A program made the position numbers and the translations under genes. Shown piece by piece: positions 1 to 9,065 of a stretch of 64,000 nucleotides of DNA (positions within the stretch are counted from its first letter, which is position 1; the number at the start of each line of letters is the position of its first letter). The stretch is from Cyanophora paradoxa CCMP329. Lineage: Eukaryota; Plantae; Glaucophyta. The stretch lies in contig QPMI01000141.1 in assembly GCA_004431415.1 (NCBI GenBank), forward strand, positions 1 through 64,000. Reading direction: 5' to 3'. The notes below the pieces were generated by a model. The model saw only the letters and a program-made list of their open reading frames with translations. It searched no databases and was not told where the DNA came from.

Positions 1-277
1 TGTCGCATCCGACATTATCGGACGCTCATTTATATTTGTGAGCCGCTAGGGCTCTAGATTATGTCAGCCTTCGAGCTGCTGGACGACGGCGCCTAGCTAG
101 TTAGAGCGCCGCGGTCACTTGTATTCGTGTCGGGGTACGCCGTATCTGGACGGGTACACCAGAGTCGAGGTTTGGTGACTAACTACAGCGACACTCGCCA
201 TTCCCTGCCCTGCCGAGCTTGCACTCCGCACGGGCGTCCCGCGCGCACGATTAGACACACTAATCGCGCACGCGACA
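1..277 (+). repeat. 5' LTR
   Basis: Starts TGTCGC, ends GCGACA; matches 5070-5349 apart from three single-base indels. Confidence 0.93.
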
Positions 278-300
278 GGCGCCATTCTGCCGGATCGAAC
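278..300 (+). promoter_or_regulatory. Primer-binding site complementary to a tRNA 3' end
   Basis: GGCGCCATTCTGCCGGATCGAAC abuts the LTR; its reverse complement reads G-TTCGATC (T-loop), CGGCA, GAATGGC, G, CC, i.e. T-arm, acceptor strand, discriminator and CC(A). Confidence 0.75.
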
Positions 301-764
301 CTTCAAGGGTCTGAGTCCGTATCGCTCTCCCCAGCCCGCCGCGCAGCGCGCATCGCTGCGCCGCCTTGCCCAGTGTCTATTGGAGCCAGAGACCTGCTTT
401 CCGCGCGAGCGCCGTCCCCACGGTTGCTTTGCGTTTGAGTGCGCCGCCCTGTACCGCTTGCGGTTGGACGGTAGTGCACCGGAAACGTCTCTAGTGCCTA
501 TCGCGGGCTTCGGGTCATCCCAGACCGAAGCGCACGCGCCGAGCTCTCTCTCGAGAGTCTCATCATTGCCTGTCCCATCGCCGGTTGCGAGCAACCGTGC
601 CACGGAGACTGCTGCGAGCAGCTCTCTAAGTGTCCCTGAGTCGCGCTCTTGCGTGACCGCGAGATCTCCGCGCCGGATTCTGCAGCGAGCTGCAGATCAA
701 ATCCCGCGCCTAGTGCTCTCCCTGGCATCTTGTTCTTGCGGCTTTACGTTGCAAAGAGAACACC

Positions 765-2281
765 ATGTCAAACTCTTCTGAACTGATCAGTTCTGAAGTC
801 CGTAGCCGGCTGTCTGCCCTCGCGCACATCGCGCCTGTGCATGCCCAGGCTGGTGCTGCTTTGCATGTGCAGCAACTTGCTGCCTCCGCTGCGGCGGACG
901 ATGATCCCGTGCGGATCGCGTTCCTGCCTGCGAATCCGCGCCTCGCCGATGGCGACCGGTTCCGGAAGGATGTGCGGAACTTCCAGTCGGCCTGCCGACG
1001 AAGTACTTGTTTGGCCCGGATTCTGCCGGTGGCCAGGAGTACTCAAAGTCGGAGGCACTAGCCGGAGTGATCGTTGGGCGAATCCGCCCCGGCGCTCTCC
1101 GCGCTGAGATCGAGCGCAAGCGTGACCTCTATGAGGCCTCGGTTGCTCTCCTAGAGCGTGACCGCGCCACGCTCGCTCGTCTCGAGCTTGTCCCGGCAAA
1201 CCTGCGGTCTGCCGAGGATGATGCCAATATTCTCGCTCTGCAGCAGAGCTGCGTGCGTGATGAGGCCACGATCGTGGCCGTGCGTGACTCGTACTTGCGT
1301 GCCCCCGGGCTGCTCGATACGATCACGGCGTGGATTCACAAGCTGCGCCACATGCGGCCCGCCGGGCCCTCACTGAGCCCTACACGGGCGAGGACCCCCG
1401 CTCGTGGCATGACTGGGTCATGCCCCTTGTGCGGCACACACTGCCGCCGGCCAGCGGCTCGCTGCGTACTATGCGGATTGCCTGCGCATCGCGCTCGAGG
1501 CCCGCTCGACGAGCGAGGACCCGGAATATCAGAACCTTGAGGTTCGGATGGCCGGCTTCGCCAAAGAGAACGAGCGCACCATGCGCGAGTTCCTCGCTGC
1601 GCTGCAGCAGCGCCTCCTTGCCCGTGACGGCGCTGTCTCGCCGCTCGAGCTTGATGATATTTTCATCGAGCAGTGCACGCGCCACGGCTGCCGCGCCGTG
1701 TTCCGCCTGCACCGGCAGCTGCTGAGCCGCCAGAGGCAAAACGGACCCGTATCCTGCAGGCAAAGTTTGCCAAGGATGAGTCCTCGAGCTCCCTGGCCCT
1801 GCTGCGCCTCGGGACGCTGACCCCAGGGCCCAGCCCTCGATCTCTGCACGTGGGTCCTCTTGGGCTGTGCAGTCCCGCTCGCCTGCCGCCGTCGCGGAGG
1901 TGCTGCGGCGCATGTCTGAGCTCGGGTACCCCGAGTACCCCCCTCAGACTGCTATGGGTGCTCAGATGACCCTAGCGTCCCCGTTGCGGCGCGGCGTCAT
2001 TGGGCAAATGTGTGCCCCAAGCGCACCCCATTCGCCCCAGTACGCCCTGGGTGCACCGCGGCCAGTACTATCGGCCAAAGCAATCCCAAGAGGATGCTGC
2101 CGACGAGCAAGAGTACTGGTCCGACGAGGGAAAACAGGACCCAGACGAAGTCTGCGGTCGCTGTGGCGAGGCAGGGCACCACCACAGTGCCTGCTCCGAC
2201 CCCCCACACGGGCTGCTCGCCCGCGCTTCCTGCGCCCTCAAGCTCGGCGGCTCCAACCGCACGCCCTGCGGCGGAGCGTGA
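765..2281 (+). pseudogene. gag: Gag-like protein with C-terminal CX2CX4HX4C zinc knuckle, split over several frames
   Basis: Consecutive + frames 765-1061, 1007-1540, 1548-1820, 1867-, 2000-2281; helical, charged content; CGRCGEAGHHHSAC knuckle; position just downstream of the PBS. Frameshifts may be decay or read errors. Confidence 0.72.
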
Positions 2282-2494
2282 GTGAGCACGTGCACTAGCT
2301 GCACTAGGGTCTGGCCGGCTTGGGCAGCCGCCAGAACAGCCCTGCTCGTAACCGCGATTCAATTTTTCGCGGAGCCTGGGCCTCCCCTGCGAGAGCCCCA
2401 TGTGTCGCTGTAATAAGCGGCCAATATACCTGCCTCTGAGCAGGCTGTATATTTGTACACTTGTACATAATTTCAGACGTCGGGGACGACGTCT

Positions 2495-2839
2495 TCCGAG
2501 AGGAGGAGTGAGCATGGGCATGCTGCACGAGCAGTGCAAGCGCTGCCGCTAGCCCTCCTGCCCCGAGGCTTGCTTGGATCTGTGGCCGCCGGCCAAGATC
2601 AAATAGCACTCGCGAAAGAGATCTAGAGCCCCAATCGAGTGCTGTCGAGCAGCCCGAGCGGCCACGGGTGCCCCTCTTTCCGAGAGGAGGAGTACCTCTT
2701 TCGCTGAAGCCTGCAAAGAGGCCCACGGCCGGTGCCGCAATTGCGAGCCCTCCTGCTTGCCTCAATCTAGATCTGTGGCCAGTGGCCGAGATCAGATCGC
2801 AAACCCCAAGCGGGTACCAGTCTTTCCGAGAGGAGGAGT
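2495..2839 (+). repeat. Three internal copies of the 15-mer TCCGAGAGGAGGAGT within diverged ~150-185-bp tandem units
   Basis: Exact copies at 2495-2509, 2679-2693, 2825-2839, identical to 5055-5069; shared AGCCCTCCTGC and GATCTGTGGCC blocks between them. Confidence 0.85.
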
Positions 2840-3871
2840 CCCTCCAAGACTCTCTCGTCGAAAGCCTGCGATTTCGCGCGGCGCACTGCGCATGCAGTCG
2901 CTGATCATGAGTGCGTCCACGGGCCTGGCGAAGTCCAGGAAAGTGGCCTCAGGCCTTGCGGCCAGAGCTGGCCCTTGCTGTAGCTGGCCCTTGCGGCAGC
3001 TAATGCTCCGATCGTGAGCTCCTCGGCCTGAGAGCGGCCTAGCTGCCGTTGCAAAATGAGATGTAATCCGCGGAGCCTTGAGCTCGGGATGCACTCTCAA
3101 GAGAAGCTCGATGCCAGAGGCACGATGCCCGGCCCCGCGGCCGGCGAGCGCCTGACGGCATGCCGTGAGCTTGACAGGCGGCCCGTGAGCCCCTGCGAAA
3201 ATCGTGAGCTTCCAAGCTCCAATGAAGGGCGAGCTTGATCATGAGCACACAGTGCCCTCGAGAGCTCGAGCCCTGAAATAAAGTCCTGGCTCGCCCCTAG
3301 GCGTTCAGGCACCAGCAGCTCCATCGAGAGCTTTGCACTATCGTGAACTTAAAGTCCTGGTGATGCCCGCCAAGTTAGCGCCCAGGCCGCACGTGTTGGT
3401 TCCGGGGCCCGGACCGAACGTTAGCGGGGCAAGGGCCTGGTGCCCAGCCCAAAGACCTGGTGAACTGCCCGACAAGTTGGCACCCAGGCGGCACGCTGCG
3501 GCTGCAGGCCGAGCGGTGCGACGGGCCGCGAGCCCTGCTCACAAGCTAGGAGCTTGGAGACCCGGCGGCCGGCCTGTTGAGGCGGCGCCAGAAGGACACC
3601 CATGAGTCCCGTCTCGCATGCGGCCGGCCTGGCCCCAAGGCGGTCAAGGCGGCGGGTGGTCCAGGCCGGAAGCCACGGCCACAGTGCCAACGGCTCCGGC
3701 GGGAGCGGCTTGATCATGAGATCTAGAAAGCCGGCTCTGAGCTGCGTCCCGACCCCGCGAGAGGGCGAGGACAGGAGAGCGGCTGCGCTAGCCCTTGAGC
3801 AGCGCTTTGTGAAGAGCCGCCCGTGAAGGGTTGGGCTGAGACGGGCCCCAGAGCCCCGCGAAACATCGCGA

Positions 3872-4036
3872 AAGTCCCGGGCGGAAAGGGTGAGCCACGG
3901 GCGGCCGGGAGCCTTGAGCACAGCTCGGCATGGCGACAGGGCGAGCGTCCCTCAGTAAGTCCCGGGCGGAAGGATGAGCCGCGGGCGGCCGTTAGCCTTG
4001 AGCACAGCTCGGCGCGGTGACAGGGCGGGAGACCCT
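3872..4036 (+). repeat. Two-copy tandem repeat, period 85 bp
   Basis: AAGTCCCGGGCGGAA...AGCCTTGAGCACAGCTCGGC...GACAGGGCG at 3872 and 3957. Confidence 0.85.
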
Positions 4037-4044
4037 TGCAAAGA

Positions 4045-4385
4045 CCTAGCCGAGCCCTAGGACGCGCCCTGCGTCTGCAGAAGGGTCGGTAGGCGGCTGT
4101 GACGCCGGGTCCTGCCCCGGGTACAGCGACAGGAGAGGAAAATGCCTCCTTATGGAAGTCCTGGCGTGGTACCAGGGCGCGCCTTGCGCCGGCGGAGGTA
4201 CACGCAGGCGGTCGTGACGCCGGATTCCGCTCCGGGTACGACGACAGGGGATGACCAATTCCCCCTCCGTGTAAGACCTGGCGTGGCACCAGGGCGCGCC
4301 TTGCGCCGGTGGGGGTACACGCAGGCGGTCGTGGCGCCGGATCCCACTCCGGGCACGACGACTGGGGACGCACAATTCCCCCATT
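4045..4385 (+). repeat. Tandem repeat, period 117 bp, about three copies (first diverged)
   Basis: CCTGGCGTGG(T/C)ACCAGGGCGCGCCTTGCGCCGG at 4160 and 4277; diverged copy upstream. Confidence 0.85.
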
Positions 4386-4895
4386 CAGGGCTCTGCACCG
4401 GGGACGCTCGGTGGCAGTTCGCCTGGGAGGGTCACGTCCCCCTCGTGATGGACATGCATGCACGGGTCGGGCAGGGCACCTGCCGTCACGCGTGACGGTG
4501 GTTTGAGCCTTGTGGGCGGCGCCTAGCCTCGCCCTGGAGATTCCTAGCTCCACCGCCGTCGGGGGAACCCGATCCGACGCCGTGATAAATGCAGTGAAGG
4601 CGCGGCGTGTGCCTGAGCAGCGGCGCTAGACGTGCTGCTTAGCCCTAAACATTGGGACGGGCATTTCGCTGTGGGCTATCGAGCGCTGTCGCGACGCTAC
4701 GCCCCGCGTTGCTGCTGCAGCGTGCGCCTTTGCGGCTAACATGCTGCGCGATGAGGGCAGGGCCCCCTCGGCTTCTGTCCCCTTCCAATTCCGCTCGCCT
4801 CGTGCGAGTTGCCTGGGCCGCCGGCCCGAAGTTGGACCTCGCCCCCTGGGCACTACATGCTGGAGTCGTGCCGGCGCGGCACCTGCCGGGCGACA

Positions 4896-5015
4896 GTCTT
4901 TTCGATTCCCGGCAGTCGCCGGACATGTACATAGCCGGGCTCGGCGTCTTTTCTATTCCCGGCAGTTGCCAGGCACGGACGGACTCTGAGTCTTTTTCGA
5001 TTCCCGGCAGTAGCC
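4896..5015 (+). repeat. Three spaced ~25-bp repeats GTCTTTTC(G/T)ATTCCCGGCAGTNGCC
   Basis: Copies at 4896-4920, 4946-4970, 4990-5015. Confidence 0.85.
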
Positions 5016-5054
5016 GGTCGATTTGTATTTATTTAGACCCGCGCGGACGCGGGA

Positions 5055-5069
5055 TCCGAGAGGAGGAGT
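5055..5069 (+). promoter_or_regulatory. Polypurine tract (plus-strand primer site)
   Basis: GAGAGGAGGAG immediately upstream of the 3' LTR TG. Confidence 0.85.
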
Positions 5070-5349
5070 TGTCGCATCCGACATTATCGGACGCTCATTT
5101 ATATTTGTGAGCCGCTAGGGCTCTAGATTATGTCAGCCTTCGAGCTGCTGGACCGACGGCGCCTAGGCTAGTTAGAGCGCCGCGGTCACTTGTATTCGTG
5201 TCGGGGTACGCCGTATCTGGACGGGTACACCCAGAGTCGAGGTTTGGTGACTAACTACAGCGACACTCGCCATTCCCTGCCCTGCCGAGCTTGCACTCCG
5301 CACGGGCGTCCCGCGCGCACGATTAGACACACTAATCGCGCACGCGACA
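5070..5349 (+). repeat. 3' LTR
   Basis: Copy of 1-277; followed by GAGAT (candidate target-site duplication). Confidence 0.93.
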
Positions 5350-5593
5350 GAGATGTTGGAGTATATGATCCAGCTCGAAATAGGTTCGTTCTGGTTTTAA
5401 TTACATTGCTAGGATCGAGCGTAATGGTTGTTATTGAAGCATCAGCAGCTAGATTATACATATTGTGAAAAAGTTCTAGCGATTCAATTCTAGCCGACTT
5501 CACGTTTGCTAACGCCCGAGGCAGATTAATTTTGAAATTCGAGGACGTGCCTTCGAACCGATCTCTAGAATCAACATTTACGCGGAGTTTCAT
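5350..5593 (-). pseudogene. N-terminal part of putative minor capsid (penton) protein, interrupted by the LTR element
   Basis: MKLRVNVDSRDR...NFKINLP...NVKSARIESLEL.HNMYN...AGSYT resembles the IDSRDR-type N-terminus of PLV/NCLDV pentons; divergent from MCP; after ~81 codons the frame enters LTR sequence. Confidence 0.7.
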
Positions 5594-5637
5594 CTTTACA
5601 ACAATATACGTGAAAATATTCTGTAATATAATATCAA

Positions 5638-6867
5638 ATGGCGCAAGCAGGAACTACTCTGAAAGAGCTCCTAACAACCAAAGGATCGAACGAGCTTTAT
5701 CTATCGCCAGGTCTAACTGTCGGTGTTAGCCCAAAGTTTAAGCCTTTCCTTGAGACGATCCGTCCGCGAGGCAACTCATACGGATTCGCACAGACTGCTG
5801 CTTTCGACCTTCCGCGCAAGCAACTTCTAAATGGCGTCTCCCTATATTTTAAGGTAACAGTCGCTGGTGGAGCTGCCGCTTCGGTTCTTCCTAATGGTGC
5901 TGGTGCATTTATTGAAAACGTACGCTTTGTTCATGGATCTTTCAAAATGGTAATTCCCGGTGATTGGCTTACAGTGAACGCACTGATTGATAACAGCGTC
6001 GCATCCGCCCAAGCTTTTGCTAGCAGCTACGGCTTTGGAAAAGACGCAGCTCTAGAGATTCTCGATGCTAGCCGAGAGTACGTGCTGAAGATCCCATCAC
6101 AGCTTTGGGACAATTCATATTTCCCTCTGCTAGCACTTGCGGATATGCCAACCGTCGAGATTGACTTCCGTTCGGCTGGTGTGATTGGAACTGTTGCTGA
6201 TGCTATTGCGACTCTAACGGATTGTGCCCTGGTTTGTCAGTTCGTGAATATTCCTAGCGAAGAGGCAGAGTCTATGCTAAAATCTGCGAACGAGTCTGGC
6301 GGTATTAGAATTCCCTTTACTGAAATCATTTCAAAGCGCTCACGCCAGCTTAAGACGGACGACGCAGGAAACGCTGTCGAAATATCCCTTGCTAACGTTA
6401 GCGGCCTTGTGCACGCGATCCTGATGACAGTGCGTAATGCGAATCACCTGGGCACTCGCAATCATAATTCATTTGCCGGTAACGGTAACGCTTTGAAGAT
6501 TGATTCGTTTGAGATCATGCACAATAATCGCACTCTCGATATCAGTAATAAGCCAATCTCTGGATTTGTTTCGAGCTGCTATCATATCCCAACTCAATAT
6601 CGCGGAGCAACAACTGGTAATTCAGCCCTTGGTTTTGAAGACGGAAATGTCTATGGTATTGTGCTTTCGAAATCTGGCAAAGACTCCCTCCACAACGCTG
6701 TCCTCGGCTACACAGACTTCTTCAACTCAAGCAGCAGCTACTGCTCCCTCACTGTCACCGGATGTACAAACACCGCACCAGCTGTAGTCGATTTTCACGT
6801 CCTGCGCCACAACGTTCTCGTAATTAATTCATATCAAATGTCGACTCTAAAAGTAAGTAACTTCTAA
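5638..6867 (+). CDS. Putative double jelly-roll major capsid protein
   Basis: 409 aa, beta-strand-rich; N-terminal YGF...AFDLPR..LLNGVSLYF and C-terminal RHNVLVI typical of DJR MCPs; next to the packaging ATPase. Confidence 0.82.
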   Translation: MAQAGTTLKELLTTKGSNELYLSPGLTVGVSPKFKPFLETIRPRGNSYGFAQTAAFDLPRKQLLNGVSLYFKVTVAGGAAASVLPNGAGAFIENVRFVHGSFKMVIPGDWLTVNALIDNSVASAQAFASSYGFGKDAALEILDASREYVLKIPSQLWDNSYFPLLALADMPTVEIDFRSAGVIGTVADAIATLTDCALVCQFVNIPSEEAESMLKSANESGGIRIPFTEIISKRSRQLKTDDAGNAVEISLANVSGLVHAILMTVRNANHLGTRNHNSFAGNGNALKIDSFEIMHNNRTLDISNKPISGFVSSCYHIPTQYRGATTGNSALGFEDGNVYGIVLSKSGKDSLHNAVLGYTDFFNSSSSYCSLTVTGCTNTAPAVVDFHVLRHNVLVINSYQMSTLKVSNF

Positions 6868-6868
6868 A

Positions 6869-7573
6869 ATGGATATCAAATTGTTTGATCCAGCAGAAGT
6901 AAAACTTCCTAAACGGTTCTTGTTTGTCGGCCCCACCAACTCGGGCAAAAGCACCTACGTAAAACACGTATTAAATGCTGTAGCAAATCAGCTAGACGAT
7001 ATTTACGTCTTCAGCACAACGGCATTTACAGAACAGTGGGACGATACCACTCGCAAGAGCAATATTTATGAAGAATGGGATACAGTTTTGGTTGAAGAAA
7101 TTTTAGAACGTCAAAAAGAAAGACGACGCAAGAAAGATGATCGAAAAATAGCAATTGTTTTAGATGACTTGCTTGATAATGACCTAGTAAACGTCCACAG
7201 TGACCGATTAATGCAAAAGCTTTTTACTAGCGGAAGACATTACAATATATCGCTCTTTATCACGACACAACGTCTATGTGGCATTAGTCCGACGATTCGG
7301 CGAAATTGCGAATATGTATGCTTTTCGTCGATTCTATCGAATATTAAAGAGTTCGATTGCGTCTTTGCCGAATACAACGCCGGAGCGAGTCGAGCAGTTT
7401 TAATGCGTCTTTTCCTTGAATGGGGTCATTCGTATCAGGTTTTGATATTTGAAGCCGCGACCGTGGACCGCGTCTACTCTGTTGATAAATCTTCTGGAGA
7501 TTTTTCGGCTCTATCAAGCTTTTTACACGCAAGAAAGCGGCCCGGTCGAAAGCCGGCAACCAATCTTGTCTAA
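6869..7573 (+). CDS. A32-like (FtsK/HerA) DNA-packaging ATPase
   Basis: Walker A GPTNSGKS, Walker B AIVLDD, GRHYNISLFITTQ and SPTIRRNC motifs. Confidence 0.93.
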   Translation: MDIKLFDPAEVKLPKRFLFVGPTNSGKSTYVKHVLNAVANQLDDIYVFSTTAFTEQWDDTTRKSNIYEEWDTVLVEEILERQKERRRKKDDRKIAIVLDDLLDNDLVNVHSDRLMQKLFTSGRHYNISLFITTQRLCGISPTIRRNCEYVCFSSILSNIKEFDCVFAEYNAGASRAVLMRLFLEWGHSYQVLIFEAATVDRVYSVDKSSGDFSALSSFLHARKRPGRKPATNLV

Positions 7574-7712
7574 GCAACCAACTAGTATATTCTGGTTTAG
7601 CTGAGGCAATCCACAAATAGCTTGCGCCCTTGTAAATGCCGAAGCTGATGCAGTGGCATGGTGAAAGTTGTGATCTCCCCGGCCAACATATTTCTAAATC
7701 TTCAATATCCAT
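7344..7712 (-). CDS. Small viral protein with FGxYKG...PEYxxWL motif (DUF3820/exonuclease X C-terminal-like)
   Basis: ISFGIYKGASYLWIASAKPEYTSWLL; likely start at Met28 (7712); 3' part overlaps the ATPase convergently. Confidence 0.45.
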   Translation of the reverse strand: MDIEDLEICWPGRSQLSPCHCISFGIYKGASYLWIASAKPEYTSWLLRQDWLPAFDRAAFLRVKSLIEPKNLQKIYQQSRRGPRSRLQISKPDTNDPIQGKDALKLLDSLRRCIRQRRNRTL

Positions 7713-7737
7713 CAAAAAGATAAAGGGTGTTATTCCT

Positions 7738-7986
7738 TCAATTAAACCGTGATTTCGATGTTTGATCTTTATAAGCATCTTCGAATGAATCATAATAACC
7801 GATTATCTTCTTGCAACCATTGATTTTGGTTTCTGCTTTCCATTTATCGGTTCGTTTGTCAAAGGAAACACGGACATAGTGGTTGGTGGGTCGGTGGATT
7901 CTCCTCCGGCAATGTTTCAGTAGAAGATATTCAATGTGTTGCTGGATTGCAAAGGCAACGTATATCGGAAGGTTGATATCGGTCAT
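7738..7986 (-). CDS. Small AP2-like DNA-binding protein
   Basis: YVRVSFDKRTDKWKAETKINGCKKIIGYYDSFEDA fits the AP2 domain of viral/phage HNH-AP2 proteins. Confidence 0.7.
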   Translation of the reverse strand: MTDINLPIYVAFAIQQHIEYLLLKHCRRRIHRPTNHYVRVSFDKRTDKWKAETKINGCKKIIGYYDSFEDAYKDQTSKSRFN

Positions 7987-8019
7987 CTCTTTTTCGTTAC
8001 TTTTACATATTGCAATATA

Positions 8020-8040
8020 TTTAAGGCATATTCACGCGAT
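8020..8040 (-). promoter_or_regulatory. 21-bp element, left copy of a perfect inverted repeat
   Basis: TTTAAGGCATATTCACGCGAT is the exact reverse complement of 9007-9027. Confidence 0.7.
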
Positions 8041-8988
8041 TCTACCTTCGAATTCTCTTTGCGTAATATCCAGCGGGTTTGGCGCCTGCTCTGAGCAATG
8101 GTTCAGCAGCAATTTCGAGTTTTTTAACTCACGATCCTTCCGGTTTTGACCCGCATACGTTTTCGTTTCAACGAGACCCTCTCTCCGAAGCTGACGATCT
8201 TGCTTCGATCTAGCAGTCGCTCTTTCAATCTTAGACTGGTCAGGTAGTTCTTGTGGCGCACGAATCTCGGATGGTTTAACACGTCTAGAAATTTCCACAC
8301 CTTGCTTTGTAATTAACCTAACACGGTTCTTATCAACGCCAGCAACAACGTAGGTCTCTTTGCTTGGTTTCGCCAGACCCTTTGCAAACACGCTTGGCTT
8401 AGGCTCAAGTATCTTCACCTCCGAACCTGGTTTAGGCATATTTGTGTTCTCTCGTTCAATATCGTTCTGTCGCTGTCGAACTTGATGTAGCTGCTCGGCA
8501 ACCTGTGTTTTTTCACGCATCCACGTTGGTGATCGCTCTTCACCAAATGCATTGTGTGCTGTTTCATTGTACGCCTTCAAAATCGCAGGCAAGCGTGAGA
8601 GGAAATGTGGTGATCCGCGTGCTTCTGTGTCAGCTCGAATAAGTGCTCGCAATGTCCTAGCGAACCTGTCAATAATTCCAAGTTTGTTACCTTTAGAAAT
8701 GTGGTCATCTTTGGTAACATCAGTGTGCATTTTCAACGAGTTCTCTTCGGCCATTGCCCGAATTGCTGCTGTGTTAAAACCGTTGTCGGCGGAGAAACCC
8801 CAGATCCCTGGTAGCTCCGCGATCATTTTTGGAAGTTGTTTGAATGTTTCTATTTTTCGCACGATAGCGAAACGGGTTGCAATCTCGACCGCTGCAAACA
8901 GACGATACCTACCAATAAATAATACATCAATTTGCCAGACACCCGGTGGAGCTGTTATCGTGTACATTCTTCTAATTGTCACACACAT
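8032..8988 (-). CDS. Retroviral-like (rve, DDE-type) integrase
   Basis: PGVWQID...AVEIATRF...SADNGF...LGIIDRFARTLR...YNETAH; SH3-like C-terminal segment. The ORF is open from 9111 but Met at 8988 or 8967 is more likely. Confidence 0.88.
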   Translation of the reverse strand: MCVTIRRMYTITAPPGVWQIDVLFIGRYRLFAAVEIATRFAIVRKIETFKQLPKMIAELPGIWGFSADNGFNTAAIRAMAEENSLKMHTDVTKDDHISKGNKLGIIDRFARTLRALIRADTEARGSPHFLSRLPAILKAYNETAHNAFGEERSPTWMREKTQVAEQLHQVRQRQNDIERENTNMPKPGSEVKILEPKPSVFAKGLAKPSKETYVVAGVDKNRVRLITKQGVEISRRVKPSEIRAPQELPDQSKIERATARSKQDRQLRREGLVETKTYAGQNRKDRELKNSKLLLNHCSEQAPNPLDITQREFEGRIA

Positions 8989-9006
8989 AAAAAGTTTTTG
9001 GTGGAT

Positions 9007-9027
9007 ATCGCGTGAATATGCCTTAAA
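9007..9027 (+). promoter_or_regulatory. 21-bp element, right copy of a perfect inverted repeat
   Basis: ATCGCGTGAATATGCCTTAAA, 59 bp before the ATG at 9066. Confidence 0.7.
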
Positions 9028-9065
9028 AAGATTGTGATTATGATTAATAATAAAGTGATATTGTA

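Larger units (their letters stand above)
1..5349 (+). mobile_element. Non-autonomous (gag-only) LTR retrotransposon, full length, inserted in the Polinton-like element
   Basis: Near-identical direct repeats at 1-277 and 5070-5349 with TGTCGC...GCGACA inverted ends; PBS after the 5' LTR; purine tract before the 3' LTR; CCHC gag-like frames; no RT/RNase H/integrase motifs seen; GC content higher than the flanking viral DNA. Confidence 0.9.

Noticed and set aside
278-340. tRNA gene on the minus strand
   Set aside because: Only the 3' ~23 nt are tRNA-like; no D or anticodon arm; position fits a PBS
4896-5015. CRISPR-like repeat-spacer array
   Set aside because: Only three imperfect repeats with short uneven spacers, no cas genes, and located inside a eukaryotic LTR element
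1-5349. DIRS/Ngaro tyrosine-recombinase retrotransposon
   Set aside because: Simple TG...CA direct LTRs with PBS and PPT; no split repeats or recombinase motifs
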